Assembly: GCA_951406725.2 (NCBI GenBank)
Contig: OX597832.1
Location: 21,948,001 to 22,012,000, forward strand
Reading direction: 5' to 3'
Source of the DNA: Octopus vulgaris
Lineage: Eukaryota
DNA length: 64,000 bases
Below the pieces are notes generated by a model. It worked only from the letters and a program-made list of their open reading frames with translations. It ran no database searches and was not told the DNA's origin. Shown piece after piece: positions 49,261-62,945 of the stretch. The stretch's first letter is position 1. Every line of letters begins with the position of its first letter. The position numbers and the translations under genes are program-made.

Positions 49261-49662
49261 ACAGCTCTTCATGTTGTCTAGCAGGAATAGATTACATGAT
49301 TTAAGTCCAAACCTATTAAGACAGAACAAACAGCACTTGAGCCAGTCTTGGAGATTATTTGTCTAACGGCAACAACACACACACACACACACACACACAG
49401 ATACACACACAGCACATGTACACAGACACGCATAAAATGTGTTGTTGATGGATTGCTGTACAGCTGTGTGTGAAGGGTAAGGAGCCCACCTCAGAGGGAT
49501 GTCACAACTGGAACAATGGTTACAACAAGGATGATGATGATGAGGAGGAGGATGATGATGAGGGATGATGGTGATAGTGATGATTGTGCTGGTAAGGGGG
49601 ATTAAATGGATGATTTCCTTAATTGCTCATAACAAAGCAACACAACTGGAATATTTTTAAAG

Positions 49663-49725
49663 ATGATGATGATGATAATAATAATAATAATAATAATAGT
49701 ATCAATAATAATAATAATAATGATG

Positions 49726-49762
<37 letters not shown>

Positions 49763-49764
49763 TG

Positions 49765-49798
<34 letters not shown>

Positions 49799-49800
49799 TG

Positions 49801-49837
<37 letters not shown>

Positions 49838-49839
49838 TG

Positions 49840-49879
<40 letters not shown>

Positions 49880-49881
49880 TG

Positions 49882-49932
<51 letters not shown>

Positions 49933-49988
49933 GTATCAATAATAATAATAATAATAATAATAGTAATAATAATAATAATAATAGTAAT
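49663..49988. repeat. (AAT)n triplet repeat
   Basis: Seen directly. Confidence 0.97.
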
Positions 49989-50373
49989 ATTTCATTTTTG
50001 GAGTCAAGACTATTGAAAAGGTTGCAAGACGCAAGGAAAATTTTTAGGAAAATAAAAATAAGGAATAAGTGGAAATTTTACTGGTGAGTGTGTTAAATTA
50101 TAAGGCACAAAAAGAAAATGACTCTCCCGAGACACAACAGAATAATAGTAATCTTTTCTACTCTTGGTATAAGGCCCCCAATTTTTTTTGGGGGGGGGGA
50201 GCCAGTCGATTAGATTGACCCGAGTATGCAACTAGTGCTTAATTTATCGACCCCGAAAGGATGAAAGGCAAAGTCGACTTTGGTGGAATTTGAACTCGGA
50301 ATGTAAAAATGGACAAAATGCTTTGTTTAACAAATAGTAATTTTGCCAGTTCATTGCTTTGATGGCAATAATG

Positions 50374-50430
<57 letters not shown>

Positions 50431-50573
50431 TCACTAGTACAACACCAAAAAACCCCTCAAATATATGACACACTAGGCATAACAACAACGTGAACTTCCA
50501 ACCTGTTGTCTCTTGGGGTCTCTGGGTGAGACTTGGAGCCAACTTGTACAAATATAAAGCAAAAGTCAAACAT
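50431..50573 (+). mobile_element. Short insertion inside an (AAT)n tract, probable R4/Dong-type 3' UTR
   Basis: 143-bp complex block flanked by (AAT)n on both sides. Confidence 0.45.
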
Positions 50574-51313
50574 ATAATAATAATAATAATAATAATTTCA
50601 GGTTTTGGCACAAGGCCAAGAATCTATTTGATTACATTGACCCCAGTGCTCGACTGGTACTTAATTTTTTGACCCCTGAATGAATGAAAGGCAAAGTCAA
50701 CCTTGGTGGAATTTGAACTCAGAACACAAAGCCAGACAAAATGCTGCTCTGCCTTTTGCCTGATTAGCTTGTTTGGAAACATTCGAGGGTTGATGACAGG
50801 AAGGGCATCCAACCATAGAAAAATCTGCCTCAATAAACTGTCCGGTCCTGCAAGCGTGGTAAACTGGACATTAAAACTATAACGATCACACACAGACACA
50901 AAAACACAGACAGACACACGTACACACACACAGCCCGCTACATTAATCTCCAATTCATTCCAACTGCGAAACCAATAAGAGATTCCTTGCCGCTACTTGT
51001 AAAGGAATCATTCTTCTAAGCTTACCATTATTGTTCTGTAGCCAAGCTGGAAACGTTAGGATTTTTCGGAGAACAATTAGTTGAAACAATGCGTTCTGCT
51101 TTCAGTGTGTGCGCATGCATGGAGGAAACATCTTACTATCAACCACTCTTTCTCTCTCTTTCTCCTCTATACAATATGTTTACATTTGTGTGTGTGTGTT
51201 GTGTTGTGTGTGTGATTATTTACGCATTAATTGAAAATGAGGATAGCATAGATATAGATTTTTTCTTACATTTGTTTCCTTCACAATTTGTAATTGTTGC
51301 ATGCTCATCACCA

Positions 51314-51533
51314 CTATTATTATTATTATCATTATTATTATTATTACTATTATTATTATTATTATTATTATTATCATTATTATTATTATTATTATTATCA
51401 TTATTATTATTATTATTATTATCATTATTATTATTATTATCATTATTACTATTATTATCCCTATTATTATTATTATTAACATTATTATTATTACTATTAT
51501 TATTATTATTATCATTATTACTATTATTATCCC

Positions 51534-51566
<33 letters not shown>

Positions 51567-51690
51567 CATCATTATTATTATTATTGTTATTATTATTGCT
51601 ACTACTATTATTATTATTACTACTACTACTATTATTATCCCTATTATTATCATCATTATTATTATTGTTATTATTATTATTATTATTATT
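51314..51690. repeat. (ATT)n triplet repeat
   Basis: Seen directly. Confidence 0.97.
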
Positions 51691-51887
51691 TACTTAGTAT
51701 CTTGTTGTTTTCTTTTTCCCTCTTCCACAACTCACTCAAATGTTCTTTGTTTATTGTCACAAACATGTTTTAATCTTTTTCCTCAAACACAGAATGGATT
51801 CTCTGGAAAATAACTTGGCTTGCTTACTTTGTGCGTGTGTGTGTGTGTTTTCGTTTTCTTCAAATAATTGTTGTAACTGATCACCCT

Positions 51888-51936
<49 letters not shown>

Positions 51937-52078
51937 TGCTGTGGCTATTAGAAGTATCATGCTTTGAAAGATAACTCTTTTTATAGCGTGTATGTATATA
52001 TGTATCTATATGTGAACACACACACACACATATATATATATATAAATATGTATGTATGTGTGTGTGTGTGTGTATGTA

Positions 52079-52117
<39 letters not shown>

Positions 52118-52736
52118 TTAGCTTATCTATCTGTGGAATCAGTTCCATTCAATGTCCATTGTCAACATTTGAAAAGCTTGTTTGTTGCTTCCATGACTGC
52201 AGAGAGGGGAAGAAAAAAAATCTCAAAAGCAAAACAAAAAAAATACCCCCCCACCACCAAAAAACAAACAAAGGAAAATTAAAAAGCAAGAAATGAAAAT
52301 AGACTTGATAAGGAATATAACAGAAATCAAAACAATAAACAAAAGCACACAAACACACACACACACACACACGCAGACAAGTACATAATATTAGTTGTGT
52401 GTTCATTAATAAAAGTGATTTGGACATAACAAGCCAGGGAGACATTGTTTTTACCAGGTCACAGAAAGTGATCAATGTAGCAGCAGCAGCAGTAGCAGCA
52501 GCAGCAGTAGTTGTAGTAGTAGTAATAGTAGTAGTAGTAGTTTCAGATGTTTCAATAAGCTTGCTGTTTATTCTAAAGATTTGGATGACCAGAGGTCACT
52601 GCTGGTCAAACTGCAGCTGATGCACCATACTGCAGTCTTCAGACCTATAATGTGCAGCTTGAGAGATAACATTATGTTTCAGTGCTTTGCTTTTTTTTTT
52701 TTGATTTTTGTTTTATAAACACATCCTTGCTTTTAC

Positions 52737-53235
52737 ATCCTCATCAAATGTCCGTTCTCCATGCTGGCATGGGCTATACAGTTTGACAGGGGTCGGTCAG
52801 TCAGAGGGCTGCACCAGGCCCCAGTCATCTGTTTTGGTTTGGTTTCAACAGCTGGATGCCCTTCCTAACGCCGAGTGTGTAGTGGGTGCTTTTTACGTGC
52901 AACCAGCACAGGGGCCAGAGGAGCTGGCATCGACCACGATCAGGTGGTGCTTCTTATGTGCCACCAGCACAGAAGCCAGTCAAAGCGGCACTGGCATCGA
53001 CCACACCCAGACGGTGCTTTTTATGTGCTACCGGCACAGGGGTCACAGCTACAATTTCCATTTGATTTGATTTCGATATTACTGTTGATGTTGATGTACT
53101 TGACTTAACAGGTCTCCTCAAGCATGGCATGTAACCCTACGATCCAAGGTAGTTTTGAGTGGGCTGGTTATGCGACACTGGTGTAGGTTACAGCTGTGGA
53201 CTCACTTTATTTGCCGGGTCCTCTCAGTCACAGCA
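52737..53235 (-). mobile_element. RTE-LINE 3' end (family C)
   Basis: GGATGCCCTTCCTAACGCC and three hairpin units; homologous to 12583-13078. Confidence 0.8.
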
Positions 53236-53244
53236 TATATATAT

Positions 53245-53615
53245 GTGGAAGCACTCCGTCGGTTACGACGATGAGGGTTCTGGTTGATCCGATCAACGGA
53301 ACAGCCTGCTCATGAAATTAACGTGTAAGTGGCTGAGCACTCCACAGACACGTGTACCCTTAAAGTAGTTCTCGGGGAACAGAGAGTGACAAGGCCGGCC
53401 TTTTGAAATACAGGTACAACAGAAACAGGAAGTAAGAGTGAGAGAAAGTTGTGGTGAAAGAGTACAGCAGGGATCACCACCATCCCCTGCCGGAGCCTCG
53501 TGGAGCTTTAGGTGTTTTCGCTCAATAAACACTCACAACGCCCGGTCTGGGAATCGAAACCGCGATCCTACGACCGTGAGTCTGCTGCCCTAACCACTGG
53601 GCCATTGCGCCTCCA
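53245..53615 (-). mobile_element. SINE head D plus tail Y (chimera), with TSD
   Basis: Head matches 30891-31080, tail matches 20575-20760; CACAGCATATATATA on both flanks. Confidence 0.85.
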
Positions 53616-53621
53616 CACAGC

Positions 53622-53653
<32 letters not shown>

Positions 53654-54125
53654 AGCAGAGCTAGCGGTTGGAATAACCATCTAAGGGATAAGAATATCTG
53701 TCTTTACTATTGCTATAAATTGCCTGTGTTAACCTTGGACGGTATGCAAACATATTATGCTCAAAGGATACAGGCAATAACAGAATAAACAAGAATTTAT
53801 CAGGAATCAAATTTAAATTATGCAGAAATTGGAGAAAATTTTTTGATCAACAAACAAATTGACTATCAGTTATTACATATATGTGTGTGTTTATACACAC
53901 AGACAGACATATAGAGATATGTGTCTATATAAATATATATATATGTAGATATTTATATATATGTGTATATATATATATGTGTGTGTGTATACACATATAT
54001 ATATGTATATATATATATATCTATGTATACATGTGTATGTATATATATATGTACATATATATGTATATATATGTACATATATATGTGTGTGTGTGTGTAT
54101 ATGTGTATATATATGTAGATATATA

Positions 54126-54167
<42 letters not shown>

Positions 54168-54550
54168 CGTGTTAAATCTCCAGTTTAGGTACACTTACCA
54201 ACCTACCCGGGCTTAAACTGTAAGCTGTACTTTGCGATATAAACAGACGTAAACATAATATCCTTTATGCACATAGCTATCACCATGACCACCGATATTT
54301 TGAGACTCAAAACACAGCCAGACAGAAGAATACCTTTATTTCCCCCACCCACAGAGATATACTAGAGATATCACACAAAAGACGTGTTTATGTTTGTTTA
54401 TTTTACGCAGCAGAAGTTTGTAATTCAAGTGTACTACATCATAGGCACAATAAAAACTAAAGATTATTCAGTGCATGAAATTATATATCATCATCAATTA
54501 ACATCCGTTTTTCCATGCTGGCATGGGTTGGACTGTTTGACCAGAACTAA

Positions 54551-54957
54551 GGCGGCGAGCTGGCAGAAACGTTGGCATGCCGGGCGAAATGCGTAGCTGT
54601 ATTTCATCTGCTGTTACGTTCTGAGTTCAAATTCCGCCGAGGTCAACTTTGCCTTTCATTCTTTCAGGGTCGATAAATTAAGTAGCAGTTCCGCACTGGG
54701 GTCGATCTAATCGACTTAATCCGTTTGTCAGTCCTTGTTTGTCCCCTCTGTGTTTAGCCCCTTGTGGGTAGTAAAGAAATAGGTATTTCGTCTGCCGCTA
54801 CGTTCTGAGTTCAAATTCCGACTTTGTCTTTCATCCTTTCAGGGTCGATAAATTAAGTAGCAGTTACGCACTGGGGTCGATATAATCGACTTAATTTGTT
54901 TGTCTGTCCTTGTTTGTCCTCTTTTTGTTTAGCCCCTTGTGGGTAGTAAAGAAATAG
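54551..54957 (+). mobile_element. SINE family B, 1.7-mer, inserted into an RTE 3' UTR with a 14-bp TSD
   Basis: Full copy 54551-54784 plus partial copy 54785-54957; GTTTGACCAGAACT at 54535-54548 and 54958-54971. Confidence 0.9.
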
Positions 54958-55543
54958 GTTTGACCAGAACTGGCTAACAAGAGAGCTGCACCAGATTCCA
55001 TTCTTTGTTTTTACAGCTGGGTGCCTTTCCTAATGCCAACCATTTTGCAGTGTGGTATAGGGCTTTTTTAGGCCAATCCTTTTCATGAGGGGCAGCAACA
55101 TTGGCCTTCTGCTGTGGAGGACAGGTGTAGATCGAGATAGACATACACATTCAAACATACCTGCACACACATAAAGATCCCCTTTATAGAAGACAGGTGG
55201 TCACCCATACATATCAATCTCCCCTCTTTACGTCACCCATGTTATCCAAGGGCTGCTACAGCTTGGCACCAGTGAAGGTTTTTCATTACTCGGGGAAGGT
55301 CCTATATACATATATATATATACTCTTTTTACTCTTTTACTTGTTTCGGTCATTTGACTGTGGCCATGCTGGAGCACCACCTGTAGTCGAACAAATCAAC
55401 CCCAGGACTTATTTTTTGTAAGCCATGTGGTTGGTAAGCAAAATACTTACCACACAGCCACTCCTATGCCTATTCTGTGGTGCTTTTGTTAAATATTTGA
55501 AATACACGCACACACACATGTATATATGTATACATGTATATAC

Positions 55544-55606
<63 letters not shown>

Positions 55607-55701
55607 GTTAATCCCTCCCCAAAAAACAAGGAAAAACACAACACGAAGACATGGTATATGCAAAGTATTAGCAGACGCTCAGAAGAAGGAAAGAAAAGTA
55701 G

Positions 55702-55734
55702 TTTTACATTTCGCGCAAAGCTCTTCATCAGAAA
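55702..55734 (-). ncRNA. Minimal hammerhead motif in element about 55607-55812 (related to 41430-41590)
   Basis: Minus strand: TTT-CTGATGA-A-GAGC-TTT-GCGC-GAAAT-GTA-AAA. Confidence 0.65.
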
Positions 55735-56301
55735 GAGGAGACAGAGGAAAGGTCCAAGAGAAAAGGAAGATGGAAGGAAAACAAAAAAAAATCACCAACG
55801 ATCCACATGTGGTTACACACACACACACACACACATATGCATGTATGAACACATATATATGTATGTATACACACACACACACACATATATATATATGCAT
55901 ATATATATATAATGTTTATGTACAATTTATAATGTCAGTTTTCAACGTAAAACATGATTGCAAAATGATATACAAGAAAAGAGAAACAACAAAAACCGAA
56001 CTAACAAGTCAAAAGCACAGAATAAATCCATACATCTAATTACAATTATAAACGATATCGTTTTCACCTATGAGAGGAATCTGAGCAATCTCAGAGAATG
56101 CAGCTGTTAGTTGTACGACCTAATAGCAATGACATTTCATTTGCAACTCGCATCAACTCCACTCATTGTATATTGTATATGGCATTGTATAATTCTTGTT
56201 CTGTATTCTGGCAGAATCTTTAACTACCAAAAGAATATGCAAGAAGAGAGAAGTAGAAAAAAGAGAGAGGGAGGGAGGGAGAGAGAGGAGGGGGATTAAG
56301 T

Positions 56302-56497
56302 TTGCAGGTGGCACGTAAAAAAGCGCCCACTACACTCTCGGAGTGGTTGGCGTTAGGAAGGGCATCCAGCTGTAGAAACTCTGCCAGATCAAGATTGGAG
56401 CCTGGTGCAGCCTTGTGGTTCGCCAGCCCTCAGTCAAAATCGTCCCAACCCATGCTAGCATGGAAAGCGGACGTTAAACAATGATGATGATGATGAT
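56302..56497 (+). mobile_element. RTE-LINE 3' UTR with (GAT)n tail
   Basis: GGTGGCACGTAAAAAAGC…GGAAGGGCATCCAGCTG…GGACGTTAAAC. Confidence 0.88.
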
Positions 56498-56817
56498 GTA
56501 GCGGAAATGAACTCAAAAACCCAATGTTGGGTCAAATGCTTGCTAAGAACTAATGAGCAGAATCCTCATCCTCATCGTTTTAATATCCATTTCTCTCTGC
56601 TTGCATGGGTCTGGTGAAGTCTTTATTTAAGGTAGATTTTCTATGGCTGGATGCCTTTCCTGTTGTCAACACTTAACTGTTTCCAAGGGAGGTAATATTT
56701 AAATTTCATGTTAGCTTTCAGTGGTTACAGCATTTGGCTCACTATTACGAGGTAGTGAGTTCGATTCTCGGACAATCCAGTTATTCATAAAAACATTTGT
56801 AATTATTAATGCATACA

Positions 56818-56909
56818 GGATTTCGCAGCTCTAGCATCACACCTGAAAAATTCCTTGGCTGGCTATGAAGGAGTGATGCTAGAGCTGCGAAATCCAGCCA
56901 AGGAATTTT
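56818..56909. repeat. Interleaved perfect inverted repeats A-B-A'-B'
   Basis: A 56818-56840 pairs with 56873-56895 (23 bp); B 56847-56862 pairs with 56894-56909 (16 bp). Confidence 0.9.
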
Positions 56910-56954
56910 CCAGAAGCCAATTAGTCATGTATATGTGTCTGTGTATGTTTGTGT

Positions 56955-57305
56955 TGAAGGTGCATGGCTCAGTGGTTAGAGTGTTGGGTTAACAGTCTTG
57001 AGGAGGTGAGTTCAATTCCCAGACCAGGCTGTGTGTTGTGTTCTTGAGCAAGACACTTTATTTCATGTTGCTCCAGTTCACTCAGCTGTAGAAATGAGTT
57101 TCGACGTCATAGGTGCCAAGCTGTATCAGCCCCTTTTTGCCTTTCCCTTGGACAACATTGATGGTGTGAAGAGGGGAGGCTGGTATGCATGGGCGACTGC
57201 TGGTCTTCCATAAACAACATTACCCGGACTTGTGCCTGGGAGGGTAACTTTCTAGGTGCAATCCCATGGTCATCCATGATCGAAGAGGCAGTGGGTGGTC
57301 TTTAT
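56955..57305 (+). mobile_element. SINE head E (CORE-like) plus tail Z, full length
   Basis: TGGCTCAGTGG (A box), GAGTTCAATTCCC (B box), CORE-like GTGTTCTTGAGCAAGACACTTTA…CTCAGCTGTAGAAATGAG. Confidence 0.85.
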
Positions 57306-57699
57306 CCTTTTATGTTCCAAACATCAGCTTAATTATGATGAAATTATTTGAGTATATTCTTCACTAGTTTCAAATTAACTGAAAGCAAAATAGCATATTT
57401 GAACAGAAATATTGGTAACAAAAGGGATAAGAACCTTTTCTGTTGGTCCTGTAGTTTCTGAAAGAATTATTTTGGAATTTCAGATTCTGTATGAATTACT
57501 AGTGCAATGCACCAAACAAAGAATTAAAAGTGCTAGGTCTTTTCTCTCCTTGAGTATTGTCTGTCAGTTCACAATTTTGAAATTATTTCTTCAATAAACT
57601 TTAAAAAAAAGTTAAATGAATTAAGAGTAATTTGCTTTGGTTGGCAGAATGTCATGTGACATAATATTGGCTTCATTTTATTTCCTTTTCTCACGGATG

Positions 57700-57704
57700 G
57701 ATAG

Positions 57705-57772
<68 letters not shown>

Positions 57773-57890
57773 AGAGATAGATTGAGAGATAGATTGATAG
57801 ATAGATAGATAGATAGATAGAGAGAGAGATAGATAGATAGAGAGATAGATTGATAGATAGATTGACAGATAGAGAGATTGATAGATAGAC

Positions 57891-57921
<31 letters not shown>

Positions 57922-58114
57922 TAGGGGGACAGATTGAGAGATAGATAGATAGATAGATAGATAGAGAAATAGATAGACAGACAGATAGATAGATAGATAG
58001 ATAGATACAGAGATAGACAGATATAGAGATAGTGAGAGATAGAGTGAAGAGAAAAAGAGAGATGAAAAGAGAAAGGAAAGATGGAGAGAAAGAGAAAAAG
58101 AGATGGATAGAAAA

Positions 58115-58149
<35 letters not shown>

Positions 58150-58270
58150 AAGAGTGAGAGAGGCAGAGTGACAAAAAGAAAAATAGAGACAGAGATAGAG
58201 AGAAAAAGAATTGGAGAGATAGAAAGACAGATAGAGAGATAGAAATGGAGAGAGAGAGAATGAAGAGAAA
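57700..58270. repeat. (AGAT)n/(GA)n microsatellite
   Basis: Seen directly. Confidence 0.95.
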
Positions 58271-59289
58271 TATTATATTTCTACATGTTCAAGAGTAATT
58301 CTAGTTAAAGGAAGACCTATAAAGAACACAGAGACATTATTGGTAACAATGACGTAAATGAATTCAAAGCTTGGCGCTCGGATGATGTGACAGCGATGGC
58401 TTTCATCATAATGATTTCTGATTAAAGAAGAAAGCCAGCAATTCCGAGGGAAAGAATTGGTTGATTGGTGCTTGGCGTAGTGGTTGGGGTGTTGCATATA
58501 TGATCGCAAGAATGTGGTTTTGATTCCCAGATTCGGGCCGAGTGTTTGAGTTCTTGAGCAAGTTGCTCTGTCTCATGCTGCTTCAGTCTCCTTAGGTTCT
58601 AATGGGTAGCCCCATGATGGGACTGGTGTTTGGTTCAGCGGGAATGTAATGAACTTGGCCACTTCTACGTGCGATTGAGTGAGGGTAACTGGCCTGAGGA
58701 GTCCAAAGAGATGAGACCATACTGTTCTAGAGTTGATGAGGATGGAAGGATGAAAGGTAACGTTGACCTCACCATAATTTGAACTCAGAACATAAAAATG
58801 GACAAAATACCATTAACATTTTGTCCAGTGCATTAGTATTAATATTAACCCTAGTGCTCAACTTGTGCATCTTTCCCTCCATTAAAAGTGCCTTCCCTCT
58901 CAACTCATATAATTTCCCCATTAAAATCACCTTCCCTTCCCACTCACACATCTTTTGCCCCATTAAAATGACATTCTTTTTTTTTCTTCTTATATGGCCT
59001 TTCATTCCTGGTGCCTTTGTAACACACCATGGCCAGTGGGGAAATATTACCTGGTGACAGGAGAGGCATCTGACTGTAGAAGAATCTGCCATAGCGATTG
59101 CCATTTGACTCATGCGAGCGTGGAAGTAATTGATGGTATGACGATGATAATGATGATGGTGGTGATGATGAAGGTAAAAGCTGATGATGATGAGGGCAAA
59201 AGATGAGTGGCAAAGCTGACACAGATGTGAAATAAGCTCGGAATATTAAAAAGGTTTTAAGGAAATGCTGCAAGATGACTTGTCTTTGA

Positions 59290-59850
59290 GAAGAAGAAAA
59301 AGAAGACGATGAACAACAACAACAATTGGAAGAAGAAGAGGAAGAAGAAGATGAAGAAGAAGAAAAAGAAGAAAAGATGAAGAAGATGAAGCAAAAGAGG
59401 AAGAAGAAAAGATGAAGAAGATGAAGCAAAAGAGGAAGAAGAAAAGAAGAAGAAGAGAAATTGGAAGAAGAAGAATAGAAGATCAAGAAGAAGAAAAAGA
59501 AGAAAAGAAGAAGATGAAGCAAAAGAGGAAGAAGAAAAGAAGAAGAAGAGAAATTGGAAGAAGAAGAATAGAAGATCAAGAAGAAGAAAAAGAAGAAAAG
59601 AAGAAGATGAAGCAAAAGAGGAAGAAGAAAAGAGAGAAGAAGAAGAAGAAGAAAAGATGAAGAAGAAGAAGAAGAAGACAAAGAAGAAGAAGACAAAGAT
59701 GAACAAGAAGAAGAAGCAAAAATATGAGGAAGACGAACGAAGATGAAGACAGAAAATAAAAGTAAGGTAATTGAAGAGATAAGACAAGGTGTAGAAGAAG
59801 AGAAAAAGGAAGAAGAATGAAGAGAAAGAAAGAAGGAGAAAATGAGGAAT
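59290..59850. repeat. (GAA)-rich repeat with a higher-order duplication of about 102 bp
   Basis: Seen directly; duplicated peptide in ORF 59412..59660. Confidence 0.9.
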
Positions 59851-60714
59851 GAAAATTTGACATTTATGAATTTAACAAATAATTCTATGTAAGAGGGAAA
59901 GATACGATCAGAGAATGGCTAATAATGCCGTCAGAAATACAAGTGTTGATCCACAGAGGGGAAAAGTGGTGGTGGGGGATGGAGGGAGAAAGAGAGAGTG
60001 AGAGAGACAAGGTGAGAGAAAGGCAGTGATTGAGTGAAAGAGAAAGACAGATAGAGTGAAAGCTAAAGAGAGAAAGAGGCAGAAGGAGAGAGAGAAAGAA
60101 AGAACAAGACAGAGACAGAGTGAATGAGAAAGACAGAAAGAGAGGGAGACAGAGAGAGAAAGGCAGAACAAGAAAGACAGAGTGGAAGAGAAAGAGAGAG
60201 AGAACAAAAAAGACACAAAAAGAGTGGATGAAAAAGAGAGGCAGAGATGGAAACAAATAGAGAAAGAGAAAAAAAAGAGAGGGGGTTAACGAAGAGAGAG
60301 AGGGAGAGAGAGAGAGGCGGTTGTGAAATAGTAGGGGGATATCAAGTGTGTGCGTATGTGTATATGTGCCTGTATGTGGCATGTGTATCTGTGTGACATT
60401 TGTGGCTGTGTGTGTGTACATGCAGGATTTGAAACTGAAACTCAGGAATACTGATCAATGAGTCTAACCTAAGAGGTGTTGTTTAAGTGTGTGTGTATGT
60501 AGGTGGGTGGGTGTGTACGTGTGGTCCAGCTGGTGTAAAAGTTTCATTATCTCTTCATCTGGACACTCTGCTAAGAAGATAAGCATCTATCCCCCTCCTG
60601 GGGCAGTAACTGACTCTTCTGATTGTTCAGGTGAGGGTTAGGGTTGTTGTTTACGTAGGTTTAAATCAGCTCCTAATCCAGCACTACCTACAATCGAAAA
60701 CGGTTCCAACTGTG

Positions 60715-61250
60715 ACCACCCTTCTAAATCACCGTTTCACAACCACATGGTTTCAGGTTCAGTCCCACTACACAGCATCTTGGACAAGTATCTTCTACTA
60801 TAAACCTGGGCCACCCAATGCCTTGTAAGTGAATGGAAACCACAGAGGACAGAATATTGGCATGGCTGTGTGGTAAGAAGCCTGCTTGTATACCACCTGG
60901 TTCTGGGTTCAGTCTCACTGAATGACACCTTGGGCCCTCTACTATAGCCTCAGGATGACCAACAGCTTGCGAGTGGATTTGGTAGATGAAAACTGTAAGA
61001 AGCTTATCACATACACATATATGCACACACACACACATACACACACACATATATAAATGTGTATAGGTGTGTGTGTGTGCCTTTGTGTCTGTGTTTGTCC
61101 ACCCCATCACTGCTTCATGGCCGATCTTGGTGTATTTACATCCATACAAGGCTTTAAAAAAACAAAGTTCTGGGGTCGATTTGTTCAACTAAAACTGATG
61201 CTCCAGCATGGCCACAGCCAAATGATTGAAACGAGTAAAAGAATAAAAGA
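60715..61250 (+). mobile_element. Diverged SINE A copies (partial 60715-60840; full 60860-61250)
   Basis: Family-A head and tail motifs. Confidence 0.75.
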
Positions 61251-61496
61251 ATATATATATATATGTCTCTGCCGCTCCCTCCCTGCTTGTCAACAAGTGT
61301 TGGTTTGGTTATGTTCCCATGACAATGTTTTGGTTGGTGGGTTAACTGCGTATAGGTGCTGCTGCCTCGTTAGGTCATTGCACTGCTGGTTACTGTGAAT
61401 ATGAATCTCATTTATTTGCGCAAAGACTGAATTAAAGAGACACTTAAAATAAGAAAGCGTGCATGTGTGTGTGTGTCTGTGTGTGAGGGTAAGAGC

Positions 61497-61528
<32 letters not shown>

Positions 61529-62234
61529 CAGAGAGAGAGAGGGTCAAGAGAGAAAGTGCAAGACTACAAGAAAACCAGACAGCAAGAAAGATAATGCAGC
61601 GATATAGCTGAGGGACATCTATGAGAGACAAAGAGTGTGATGGTGGTGGTGGTGGTTGTGGTTGTGGTTGTGGTGGTGGTAGGGGATGGGGGGAAGAGAA
61701 CGGAGAGAAAGCTTATTGAGAAGAACAAAAGAGAAAAAAAAAAAAAAAAAAAAAAAATAATTGTTTGGAGCCAAAAGATTTGGCTGTGAGGAATTATTCC
61801 GAGTACAGAAGTTGATGCAAACAAGCATTATGCAGTTCAATGAACTTTGCAATAGTTAGGAATATTATTAGAGGGAGAGGGGGGGGGGGGAGAATATGCA
61901 TTTATTATAAACTGCTTTTAAGCAACAAGCAGTTTCTGGTTTGCTGCGTCTGTGGGGCCCCATAGGAAATAATCTCACTAAAATAAAATAAAAAAAAAAA
62001 ATTTTAAAAGACGAAACGGAAATAAAACAATATGGAGTGATCAGAAGAAGGGTGTTGTGTTGTCAGTAATCTTGTTCAGGATTAATTATACCACGAGTTG
62101 GAAGAGAGTGAAAATGATTTCAGAGTAGTGACCTGGTGTCAGAGGGGACCCCCTGTTGAAAAAAAAAAAAAAAAAAAATTGAAGGACCAAAATAGTGATG
62201 TTGAACCAGATGATAGATGAAGTCCAACATCACA

Positions 62235-62320
62235 GAGAAAGAATGGTTCCTCTGACAGAAAGAATGGTTCCTCTGACAGAAAGAATCGTTCCTCTGACAG
62301 AAAGAATCGTTCCTCTGACA
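62235..62320. repeat. 21-bp tandem repeat x4 (ACAGAAAGAATSGTTCCTCTG)
   Basis: Seen directly. Confidence 0.9.
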
Positions 62321-62354
62321 AGGCGAACTAAAAAGAATTAATAGGTTAATTCTC

Positions 62355-62945
62355 TTCTTCTTTTACTCATTTCAGTTATTTGACTGTGGCCATGCTGGAG
62401 GACCACCTTAAAGGATTTTTTAGTTGAAGAAATCGCCCCCACAACTTATTCTTTGTAAGCCTGATACTTATTCCATTGGTCTCTTCTGCTAAACCACTAA
62501 GTTACAAGGACGTAAACACACCAACACCCATTGTCAAGCAACAGTGAGGGGACAAACACAGATACAAAGGTGCACTTAACCTCATAAGCAGCATACAATT
62601 CTTGTGGGTAGAAACAAAGTTCCAAAAATGGATACAGGAACTACCAAAGCTTTGTGAGTGAATTTGGTAGACAGAAACTGAAAGAAGCCTGTCGTATATA
62701 TGTCTATGTATATATATGTATGTGTGTGTATATGTTAGTGTGTCTGTGTTTGTCCCCACCCCCAACATCGCTTGACAACCGACGGAGTTGTGTTTATGTC
62801 TCTGTAACTTAGCGGTTCAACAAAAATGACCAATAAGTACTAGGCTTCCAAAGAATAAGTCCTGGGGTCGATTTGCTCGACTAAAGGTGGCGCTCCAGCA
62901 TGGCCGCAGTCAAATGACTGAAACAAGTTAAAGAGTAAAAGAGTA
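62355..62945. mobile_element. Back-to-back SINE A pieces (- 62355-62555; + 62640-62945)
   Basis: Family-A tail in both orientations. Confidence 0.8.
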
